Virus record (IMG/VR): IMGVR_UViG_3300038478_000051
Location: 1 to 38,540 of that record
Strand: one strand, 5' to 3'
DNA from: a virus
Taxonomy: Duplodnaviria > Caudoviricetes
Length of the DNA: 38,540 nucleotides
A model generated the notes under the pieces. That model was not told where the DNA came from, searched no databases, and saw nothing but the letters and a program-made list of their open reading frames with translations. Each line of letters opens with the position of its first letter. The stretch's first letter is position 1. The translations under genes were made by a program, and so were the position numbers. This document shows, piece after piece, positions 1 to 7,212 of the stretch.

Positions 1-1
1 G

Positions 2-199
2 ATCTCGGGATATGATTTATGGAGTTGGAGTCGGAGTTGGAGTGGGGGTTGGAGTCGGAGTGGGAGTTGGAGTCGGAGTTGGAGTTGGAGTTGGAGTTGG
101 AGTTGGAGTTGGAGTTGGAGTCGGAGTTGGAGTCGGAGTTGGAGTCGGAGTTGGAGTGGGAGTCGGAGTGGGAGTCGGAGTTGGAGTGGGAGCTATTAA
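2..199 (+). CDS. 5'-partial low-complexity (W/R/G)-S repeat protein ([16 protein letters not shown]...WSGSY*)
   Basis: Frame 2 is open from the window edge to TAA at 197-199 and is not in the ORF track because it has no start. From recollection it resembles SRSWSGS-type peptides seen in phages beside genes like 245..613. The (GV)n frame at 12..227 is the alternative. Confidence 0.45.
   Translation: MSGYDLWSWSRSWSGGWSRSGSWSRSWSWSWSWSWSWSWSRSWSRSWSRSWSGSRSGSRSWSGSY
21..192 (+). repeat. Tandem hexamer repeat (GGAGTN)n, about 28 units, N=T/C/G
   Basis: Directly visible: ggagtt/ggagtc/ggagtg units, open in all three plus-strand frames. Confidence 0.95.
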
Positions 200-244
200 T
201 ATGAATAATCTTTTAAAATCATTTTGAAAGGAGGTGAAAATTAA

Positions 245-613
245 ATGTCAAATTCAAAAACCAAAGAAGAATTGCAAAAAGAATTAGAGGAATTAAATGA
301 ATTGGAGAAAAAAGTCTCCGACAAAAAGTCTAATTTGGGATATAAAAAATTAGAGGTTCCCTTTCAAGTTGGCAGTAACTATTTCATTAGAACGGTTACA
401 TATTTTTCAACTGGAAAAGTAAAGGCAATAGTAGGACAGTTTTTAGTCCTTGAAGATGCAGCATGGATAGCTGATACAGGTCGTTTCATGCAGGCAATCA
501 TGGAAGGAAAACTTAATGAAGTTGAGCCGGTAGAGGTTAATATGTTTATTAACTTAAATTCAATAACAGATGCTTTCGTATGGAAACACAAATTGCCACG
601 AGAGCAAAAATAA
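245..613 (+). CDS. Conserved phage hypothetical protein (small beta-barrel, possibly Sm-like; YFIRTVT...LEDAAWIADTGRF)
   Basis: Strong SD GAAAGGAGGTGA upstream and a typical phage small-protein motif. Confidence 0.8.
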   Translation: MSNSKTKEELQKELEELNELEKKVSDKKSNLGYKKLEVPFQVGSNYFIRTVTYFSTGKVKAIVGQFLVLEDAAWIADTGRFMQAIMEGKLNEVEPVEVNMFINLNSITDAFVWKHKLPREQK

Positions 614-657
614 AACAGAGTCGGGACGCATGACTATAAACACGCATAATAAAAAAA

Positions 658-837
658 ATGGGACAATATAGACCGGGCGCACAATTTGCAGAAAAATCAA
701 ATAAAAAAAGAAATAAAAAGTGTAAAATACATTTATTCAGCTATTGGGGAATTAATAAACAAACAGGGGAATATTACGAACGATGTGTTCAGGGTAATAG
801 ATTAAATGAGGATTGTGAAGATATAACTATTGATTAG
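658..837 (+). CDS. Small hypothetical protein (59 aa, MGQYRPGAQF...)
   Basis: Read manually; fills the gap between neighbouring genes and contains Cys/His residues. Confidence 0.4.
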   Translation: MGQYRPGAQFAEKSNKKRNKKCKIHLFSYWGINKQTGEYYERCVQGNRLNEDCEDITID

Positions 838-868
838 TTGTGTTATAATGGATGAGAAAGGAGGAAAT

Positions 869-1039
869 ATGAAAGGACGCGGAAAACAGGGGTTCGCATC
901 GTTAAGTTTAGAAAAAAGAACAGAGATAGCCCGCAGAGGTGGACTGGCAGCTCAAAAAGCTGGAACCGCACACCAATGGAATAGCATTGAGGCAAGTGCT
1001 GCAGGAAAAAAATCAGTTAGGAAAAGAAAGATAAAATGA
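869..1039 (+). CDS. KGG-motif stress-induced protein (Con-10/GsiB-like)
   Basis: GFASLSLEKRTEIARRGG...AHQWNSIEASAAGKK motif. SD AAAGGAGG precedes the ATG at 869, with TG-T-TATAAT just upstream. Confidence 0.75.
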   Translation: MKGRGKQGFASLSLEKRTEIARRGGLAAQKAGTAHQWNSIEASAAGKKSVRKRKIK

Positions 1040-1413
1040 CAATAATATTTAAAGGAGCTCCCCGCTCCAAGAAAAATAGTAAACGTATTGTTACTAACCG
1101 ATTTAGTAGTAAACCTCTTTTACTCCCCTCAACAGCCTATATTGGTTGGCATGAAAATGCTATGGCTGACCTCTTTGAATGGAAATATAAAAACCATTGG
1201 ACCAAACCCATACAAAAAGAAGTAAGAGTTAATTGGACATTTTTTCTTAAAGGAAAGTATAAACAGGATACCAGTAATGCTATGCAGGGAATTGAAGATG
1301 TACTTCAGGAAGCAGGAATCATTGAAGATGATTTCTTGTTTGCGGAAAATCATACGAAACGTATTCGGGAATGTGAAGACTGGAAAACAATCGTAGAAAT
1401 TGAAGAACTATAG
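1036..1413 (+). CDS. rusA: RusA-like Holliday junction resolvase
   Basis: G.PRSKKNS N-terminus, DTSN...IEDVLQEAGIIEDD acidic catalytic pattern and a C-terminal beta strand. Confidence 0.8.
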   Translation: MTIIFKGAPRSKKNSKRIVTNRFSSKPLLLPSTAYIGWHENAMADLFEWKYKNHWTKPIQKEVRVNWTFFLKGKYKQDTSNAMQGIEDVLQEAGIIEDDFLFAENHTKRIRECEDWKTIVEIEEL

Positions 1414-1508
1414 TTTGTTGTACTCATATTGGGTTGGAGCGCAACAAACTACTCCCTATAGCCAAAATAGCTATAGGGAGTTTTATTTTATACCCCGCGG
1501 AGTATAAA
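1411..1508. terminator. Cluster of hairpins at the convergence of early and late transcription (bidirectional terminators)
   Basis: Stems TAGTTTGTTG/CAACAAACTA, ACTCCCTATAGC/GCTATAGGGAGT followed by a T-rich tract, and TTTATAC/GTATAAA. Confidence 0.75.
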
Positions 1509-1865
1509 TTAGTTTGATTGAGTAACTTCCTCAGAAGTTCCCCACATAACTGATAATTGAAGATTTGTATCAGTCATTACATTTCCTCCCATTGGGCATT
1601 GAATTCCTTCTCCTGTTTTTGAATTTGTTAAATCAATAGTAAAAGGAAGTTGTCCTGTTGCCAATGCTGCCGGTAGGGTTAGTTTTGCCAAAAGCCCTGA
1701 GGTGTTTGATGTGCCTCCAGGATTTGTTTCATTAAAAATATAAATATTGGCATTAATTGCTGGTGCGCCAACTAAAAGTTTTACCACCTCTGCTAATGAT
1801 CCATTCGAATTTAATGCTAAGCCCCCTGAAGAACTATTAGCAGTAGGTATATAGGTTGTTGTCAT
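1509..1865 (-). CDS. Hypothetical, probable virion/decoration protein
   Basis: Beta-rich, rich in small residues. SD-like AAGGCAGGTGA and its own promoter TTGCAT-N17-TACTAT upstream (1928-1956). Confidence 0.6.
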   Translation of the reverse strand: MTTTYIPTANSSSGGLALNSNGSLAEVVKLLVGAPAINANIYIFNETNPGGTSNTSGLLAKLTLPAALATGQLPFTIDLTNSKTGEGIQCPMGGNVMTDTNLQLSVMWGTSEEVTQSN

Positions 1866-1969
1866 GAATTAATTTCACCTGCCTTTTGTTCCATAGATTT
1901 GCCGTAAATGGCATGAAACCTAGATTAATAGTAAGGAAAATTGAGGGAAAATGCAAGGGATTATTGTAC

Positions 1970-2194
1970 CTAGGTATTAGCAAGCTTACGGAAGTAATTA
2001 ACCAGATATGCCCAAAAACTCATGACAAAGGGATCATAGAGGGTTGGGATGTTGATACTGACTAAATGGGTAACCGTTGGAGTCAGATAGGTTAATGCTC
2101 CTGATAGGAAAAGGATCATAAGTCCCCGCGTTAAAGAATCCCATTCTTGATTTGGTAGACCTAAAAATGTTGATTGTTCTGTTGTTTGATTCAT
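1970..2194 (-). CDS. Holin-like membrane protein
   Basis: 74 aa with two hydrophobic segments and a basic C-terminus, immediately downstream of the endolysin. Confidence 0.55.
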   Translation of the reverse strand: MNQTTEQSTFLGLPNQEWDSLTRGLMILFLSGALTYLTPTVTHLVSINIPTLYDPFVMSFWAYLVNYFRKLANT

Positions 2195-2199
2195 ACGGA

Positions 2200-3063
2200 T
2201 TAACCTTTTATATTACCAAGGAAGAATTGCCATACCCATTTATACCAAGGATAGTTAGGAGGGGCTGATGGAAGTGGGACTGGTGTAGACTTAATAACAA
2301 CAGGGGTTGGAGATACAGAAGGAATCGGTTTCACAATAGGGGGTACTGGGGGTACGGGTGCTGTCACTGAAGGTACAACTGGCATAGGAGAAGTAACAGG
2401 GGCAGGGGGGGTAATGGATGACGGAGGTACAATAGGTTGATACCCATATGCTTCAAATTCTTGTACCGTCCCATTAAAATCATCTCCATCCACGTTCCCA
2501 TTTATACCAGGGACCGTTTCCGTGTTTGTCCATTGACGAAGTAAGGGGGTATTTGTCCATTGACCAAAGTTGGCTCCTGACCCATTATTAGGATTATTTG
2601 TATAATAGGCTCCCCATAATTTAACATAGCCAAGCGCAATAACCGGTGACCAATCATATGACTGCGCAATGGATTGATTAAGATATATCCATATTGTTAT
2701 ATTATTATAATGGGAATGAATATTCTCTAACCATGCCTGAGCATAAGCGACAAGACCCGTTGCATTAACCTCAACATCCAAACCAATATTTTCATATTGT
2801 TGGATAGGATCACCGTCTACATAACTTTCAAAAAAGTATGCTTCTCCTTGAGGGGTATTGCCTTGAAGATCAGGACGCAGAAAATGATAAAACATTCGAG
2901 GAAGATTATCGTTTCTTGCCTGTTGACGATTATTGCCAAACCAAGGATCAACTATTCCATTTCCTTCCGTGGCTTTCATGAGGACAAAGAAAGTATTATT
3001 TTTATAAATTGAAAAATCTATCTGTCCTTGACCAACTCCTGAAATGTCATTACCTACTATCAT
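2200..3063 (-). CDS. Endolysin, GH25 muramidase with Pro-rich linker and aromatic amphipathic C-terminal tail
   Basis: GNDIS, MKATEG, YHF, LDVE (DxE), LW.A.Y, RQWT and NVDGD motifs of GH25. Start is either ATG 3066 or 3063. Confidence 0.92.
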   Translation of the reverse strand: MIVGNDISGVGQGQIDFSIYKNNTFFVLMKATEGNGIVDPWFGNNRQQARNDNLPRMFYHFLRPDLQGNTPQGEAYFFESYVDGDPIQQYENIGLDVEVNATGLVAYAQAWLENIHSHYNNITIWIYLNQSIAQSYDWSPVIALGYVKLWGAYYTNNPNNGSGANFGQWTNTPLLRQWTNTETVPGINGNVDGDDFNGTVQEFEAYGYQPIVPPSSITPPAPVTSPMPVVPSVTAPVPPVPPIVKPIPSVSPTPVVIKSTPVPLPSAPPNYPWYKWVWQFFLGNIKG

Positions 3064-3070
3064 CATCTGA

Positions 3071-3099
3071 ACTATATCAAACTAATCTATTTCTGTCAA
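3071..3099 (-). promoter_or_regulatory. Sigma70-type promoter for the endolysin
   Basis: TTGACA (3099-3094), 17-nt spacer ending TGA, TATAGT (3076-3071); ATG 3063 lies 7 nt downstream. Confidence 0.8.
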
Positions 3100-3108
3100 G
3101 ATTAAGTT

Positions 3109-3396
3109 TTATCCTCTCACAAAAAACTTTAAAAGGAATTGTGCTGCCAAAAGGAATCCAATCCCTGTCCAGATTACCCTTTGCATAGAGTCTAATTGAT
3201 TTTGTAATGTTTGATGTTTTGCGTCATACTCCTCTCTTGTTAAGAATTTTGCTGACTGGTCTTTGAGGGTTTCCCTGAATTCGTTTATAGAATCCAGTCT
3301 TTTTTCCATTGAAGCATATGCAATTTTTATAGATTCTTTAATATCTATTAATTGGGTGATAGTATATTCCTTTAACGATACTCTTTCATCTTTCAT
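3109..3396 (-). CDS. Coiled-coil protein with C-terminal TM helix (XhlA/holin-like)
   Basis: EKRLDSINEFRETLKDQ coiled coil plus a C-terminal hydrophobic helix; located in the lysis cassette. Confidence 0.6.
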   Translation of the reverse strand: MKDERVSLKEYTITQLIDIKESIKIAYASMEKRLDSINEFRETLKDQSAKFLTREEYDAKHQTLQNQLDSMQRVIWTGIGFLLAAQFLLKFFVRG

Positions 3397-3398
3397 TT

Positions 3399-3746
3399 CT
3401 AAAAAACAAGTTGTGCGGATTTACCTGCTATATTAATAGTATACAAGTTTAGAGGAATAGATACCAAGTTGCTAGTTTGTATCTGTTCAGATACTAAATT
3501 CTCATGCTGGTTATCCAAAAGAACCTGGGTAATCTTAGCAATTTGTATCTCTATCGTATTCTGTTGATTTTGGAGGGTGGTAATAGTTAGTACCGCAGCT
3601 TTTTCCTGATGGATAATAGTCTCTGTTTTTTGATTTATTAAAGCTATTTGTTCATTCATTAATCCATACCCAACCCCTGCTGAAAAAATAATAACAATCA
3701 GAGGAACCCAAGCTTGGATAAATGAATTAGAGAATAATTTTTTCAT
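3399..3746 (-). CDS. Membrane-anchored coiled-coil protein (lysis region)
   Basis: N-terminal TM segment followed by heptad-like sequence. Confidence 0.6.
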   Translation of the reverse strand: MKKLFSNSFIQAWVPLIVIIFSAGVGYGLMNEQIALINQKTETIIHQEKAAVLTITTLQNQQNTIEIQIAKITQVLLDNQHENLVSEQIQTSNLVSIPLNLYTINIAGKSAQLVF

Positions 3747-3751
3747 AGTTA

Positions 3752-5071
3752 TTAATAAGGTCTGGTAAGTAACCCTGGTTGATTATATATCTGCCAGGGA
3801 TTAGTGTAAAGTTGTTTGACTTCTTGGAAAGTCAATATACGATTCCACATTCTTGTATATAAAATAAGGCCGTTAAACCATTCATTTGTTGGCTGTTGTC
3901 CTATATACCAATTAGTATAAGATAGAGATTGTAAATTGTTACCACTCCCGGCATTTCGTCCGTTTATATAAAAAACATATTTACCTGAAGCATCATAAGT
4001 TACAACTACATGAGCCCATAAATTAACTGTCAGAGTGGTTGTTGAGTATCCTATGCTTACAACACTCTGTTCTAATAATTCTAATTGAGCGCTAGAATTT
4101 ACCCTAAATTCGGGCCCTCTTGCTCCAGTATCGGATTGATTTGCTATTATCGCCGCATTTGCAGAAACGGAAGCAGGTTTAATTAAAGATTCAAAACTAA
4201 ATGGTGTACCTGAATTTTTTGGTGTAGCAGTAAAACTAATAGAAGAACTGGAGCCATTGAATGAAATACACGGTCCAAATAAATCATTAACCCAAGATAT
4301 ATTTTGAGTAGAAGTAGCCTGTAATTTTGAGACTATATCTAAAGGCAACGTGCCTCCTCGTATAAAAAAAGGAAAATTACTTTGTAATCCTTTAGTAAGA
4401 GGATGATTCCAATTAATGACGGGGGCTAATGGTTTCAAACCAACCTTAATGCCATAACTATCCCCCGTTTCTCCTAAGAATGTTAGGATAACAGCCGTAG
4501 CCCGTTGGGAAGTTGCCCATCCAACTGTTGTAGAAAGTGCTGTCGCTGCAGTAACCTGAATATCCCCTGTTATAATATGATTTGTTGTTAATTCGGAATT
4601 AAAAGAATTGGTAAATGTTGGACTTCCTCCATTTGACCCGGCCATTGCAACTGCCACAAACGCTATTTCATTTGCCTGCGTTAAAGTTGCAGTTGTTCCT
4701 GATGCAATCGAGGTAACTCCGGAGCCGGAATCAGCAGTTGAAGCGGTCTTATCAAGAGGAGATTCATCGTCAACCTGGCTATATTCAAATATCTGAATAT
4801 CCATAAAAGTTGCAAGAGTAGCATTTGCGGTAACTGTTTGATCTGCCCCACCTGGAGTTGCAGTTTTATAAAACACTGCCATACCTCCTGCAACCCCGAC
4901 AGATGCCGTAGGACCTGCGGTCCACCCGGAATTAGAAAGAGAAATACTGCCTACTCCAACTGAGGCGGTAACAACAGCAATGAGAAGATTGCCGTTATTA
5001 GGGGATGCCCCGAAAGACGCGGCCACTGAAGCTGTAACCGAAGTATTTGAGGCATTCTGTAAGGCTAACAT
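3752..5071 (-). CDS. Virion fibre-type protein with C-terminal LamG/concanavalin A-like domain
   Basis: WAHVVVTYD...FYING...YIG...F.G.I...RMWNRILT..EV LamG pattern; A/T/S-rich beta N-terminal domain. Confidence 0.8.
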   Translation of the reverse strand: MLALQNASNTSVTASVAASFGASPNNGNLLIAVVTASVGVGSISLSNSGWTAGPTASVGVAGGMAVFYKTATPGGADQTVTANATLATFMDIQIFEYSQVDDESPLDKTASTADSGSGVTSIASGTTATLTQANEIAFVAVAMAGSNGGSPTFTNSFNSELTTNHIITGDIQVTAATALSTTVGWATSQRATAVILTFLGETGDSYGIKVGLKPLAPVINWNHPLTKGLQSNFPFFIRGGTLPLDIVSKLQATSTQNISWVNDLFGPCISFNGSSSSISFTATPKNSGTPFSFESLIKPASVSANAAIIANQSDTGARGPEFRVNSSAQLELLEQSVVSIGYSTTTLTVNLWAHVVVTYDASGKYVFYINGRNAGSGNNLQSLSYTNWYIGQQPTNEWFNGLILYTRMWNRILTFQEVKQLYTNPWQIYNQPGLLTRPY

Positions 5072-5072
5072 A

Positions 5073-6029
5073 TTAAGTTATCAATTGATAATCTGCGATG
5101 AGGTTTCCTGCGGTGGCATTGAGGGATGCCCCGGAAGAATTGACTACCGCAATACCAAAACTAGGTCCAAGACTCCCCAGGAATTTAGTATCAAATAGTG
5201 CGGTATAAACGGCATTTGATGTCGTAGCAGTGATCAGAATATTTCCAAGTAAGGGGGCATTGACAACGGTAAGTCCTGCGTCAGATGCTCCTGCGCCATC
5301 GTCATTAATAGTACCATTTCCCCGAATTAGATAAACACTGACAAGCGTATTTGCCGTAGGTGAGGTTCCTACAGTAATCTGAACCCCAATTAATGCAGAC
5401 CTGGCAGTATTACTTGTTACAAGAGTTGATTGTCTTCCAACTCCCACAACGGATGAAGCAAGGGAAGCAAGGGTTATGGTAAAAGCAGTTGTAGTCCCGA
5501 ATTTTTCTAATTGGTTTATTTGTACAAGGTTAGTTGTTCCAGGGGTTGTTTGATCTATGCCTACTTTACCAATAACAGCCGACCCTGCAACAAGGACAGG
5601 AGCTGTAGCAATTGAGACAGGCTGCGTTGACTGCCAAAAGGTACCGGTAACAGCAAGAGAGGCGTTAGTGATATTTACCTGCATCTTTGATGCGGTGATA
5701 GCACTGGCAATTGTTGCAAGGTTGCCCCCTGTTTCTTGGGAGTAATTGGTAATGGATGCAGGCGGAGTAAGGGCGGTAATAGTTGCCGCGGGTAAAATGA
5801 CAGGAACGGATGCTGCTGCTAAAGCCTGTCCAAGTGGAGGTGTATTCGTTGCAATGGTTGCAAGGTTCCCTCCGGTCTCTTTTGCAAAGGTTCCATCATT
5901 GGTAAATGTTCCTCCGCCTCCTCCGCCGCCACTAATAATAGCAACAGGAAGTGGATTTTGAGGACTAACTCCAATAGGTTGCGCGGTATTGTTGACGGCA
6001 TTAGAAGCAAGATAACCTACAATAGTCAT
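5073..6029 (-). CDS. Putative tail/head fibre protein
   Basis: A/T/G/V-rich, with a repeated ETGGNLATIA motif and a poly-Gly hinge. Confidence 0.6.
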   Translation of the reverse strand: MTIVGYLASNAVNNTAQPIGVSPQNPLPVAIISGGGGGGGTFTNDGTFAKETGGNLATIATNTPPLGQALAAASVPVILPAATITALTPPASITNYSQETGGNLATIASAITASKMQVNITNASLAVTGTFWQSTQPVSIATAPVLVAGSAVIGKVGIDQTTPGTTNLVQINQLEKFGTTTAFTITLASLASSVVGVGRQSTLVTSNTARSALIGVQITVGTSPTANTLVSVYLIRGNGTINDDGAGASDAGLTVVNAPLLGNILITATTSNAVYTALFDTKFLGSLGPSFGIAVVNSSGASLNATAGNLIADYQLIT

Positions 6030-6076
6030 AATTCAACCTTATCCCATTTTAGAGTAAATTGCAATAGTCTGATATA

Positions 6077-7210
6077 TTATGTTATATTTGGCGTTGTCAC
6101 ATCATTTGCACCTGTTCCACTAATTGCAGCGCTCCCTGTACCGCTATACCCATTTTTAAAATCATTGTTGGAAATGGTGTTATAATTTGTTCCATCCGTA
6201 CCCATACAAAGAACTCCATATTTTGTATAAATACTCGTATCGTTATTAGTATCTTTATAACGGAAAACATTACCCTGAATCATGGTTCCTGTAATGATTG
6301 CAGCATTCCCATTAAGACGAATATTTGCATAGGTTGCATTTGCTGACTGTCCATTCTGTAAGAACCCGTTACCAATAATCTTGCAATCTGGTGAGTCAGT
6401 GATAAGAATTCCTTCTCTTTGATTAAGCTCTATCTGATTATTGACAATGAATGTCCCCAGTCCTGACTGATTTCCATTAACCCCTATTCCCTGGTAACAA
6501 TTATAAATTTGGGCATGGTTACGGATTATGTTATAAGGACCATTTGAAACAATCCCTGGCTCACTATTCGTTAATCCGCAACCCTCAATGATATTGTCAT
6601 CCGCTATCATATTGACTGTGTAATAGTCAAAGAATATCCCTGATCCATAACAGGCATTTGCAGAACATTTCTCAACACGCCCATAGATACAATTAAAACC
6701 TGAATTTCCTGCCCAATAAATCCCGCGTCCTTTAGCTGCATGGATTAAGACATCACGAATTGTCCCTCTCTGGTTTGACATATTAATAGCATGATATGGA
6801 CCCGCACCGTTCTGCAGAGAGGCATTTCCTTCAATTGCCAAATCCCTAATATTAATTCCATATGATTGGGTGGTCTGAGGTTGGTAACTCTGGATAACAC
6901 TGCAATTACTGTTCTGCATAAGGTTCAAAAGGGTTGTTTCATTATTTAATTCCCCTGAACCAAGTCCTTGAAAAAGAATCTTACTATAAAGAATAATAGG
7001 AGAACCTATTTGAAAAGTCCCATCAAGAAGCCGAATACTTCCCCCTGTTGTTGAAAGCTTAGAGGTTGCTTTATTAATAGTCTGATCATCATTTGCTCCG
7101 GTACAAACATAATCTGCCCTTGTCTTGTCCGCTGAATTAGAGGCAGCAATAACAATAGTAGCTGAACGGACATTTTTAGTGCGTGTGCCAAAAGGTAATA
7201 ATCCACCCAT
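6077..7210 (-). CDS. Tailspike-like right-handed beta-helix (pectin-lyase fold) protein
   Basis: ADYVCTGANDDQTINKA...GGSIRLLDGTF cap followed by Asn/Gly/Ile-rich parallel beta-helix repeats. Confidence 0.8.
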   Translation of the reverse strand: MGGLLPFGTRTKNVRSATIVIAASNSADKTRADYVCTGANDDQTINKATSKLSTTGGSIRLLDGTFQIGSPIILYSKILFQGLGSGELNNETTLLNLMQNSNCSVIQSYQPQTTQSYGINIRDLAIEGNASLQNGAGPYHAINMSNQRGTIRDVLIHAAKGRGIYWAGNSGFNCIYGRVEKCSANACYGSGIFFDYYTVNMIADDNIIEGCGLTNSEPGIVSNGPYNIIRNHAQIYNCYQGIGVNGNQSGLGTFIVNNQIELNQREGILITDSPDCKIIGNGFLQNGQSANATYANIRLNGNAAIITGTMIQGNVFRYKDTNNDTSIYTKYGVLCMGTDGTNYNTISNNDFKNGYSGTGSAAISGTGANDVTTPNIT

Positions 7211-7212
7211 AT

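Noticed and set aside
19-204. (ELES)n ORF as the real gene, or the repeat as a telomere
   Set aside because: Any frame of this hexamer is open; there is no matching repeat at the other end of the window.
1411-1470. Third example of the loop-loop leader, or a tRNA
   Set aside because: Loop complementarity is only about 4 bp, there is no cloverleaf or T-loop, and the position between convergent genes fits terminators.
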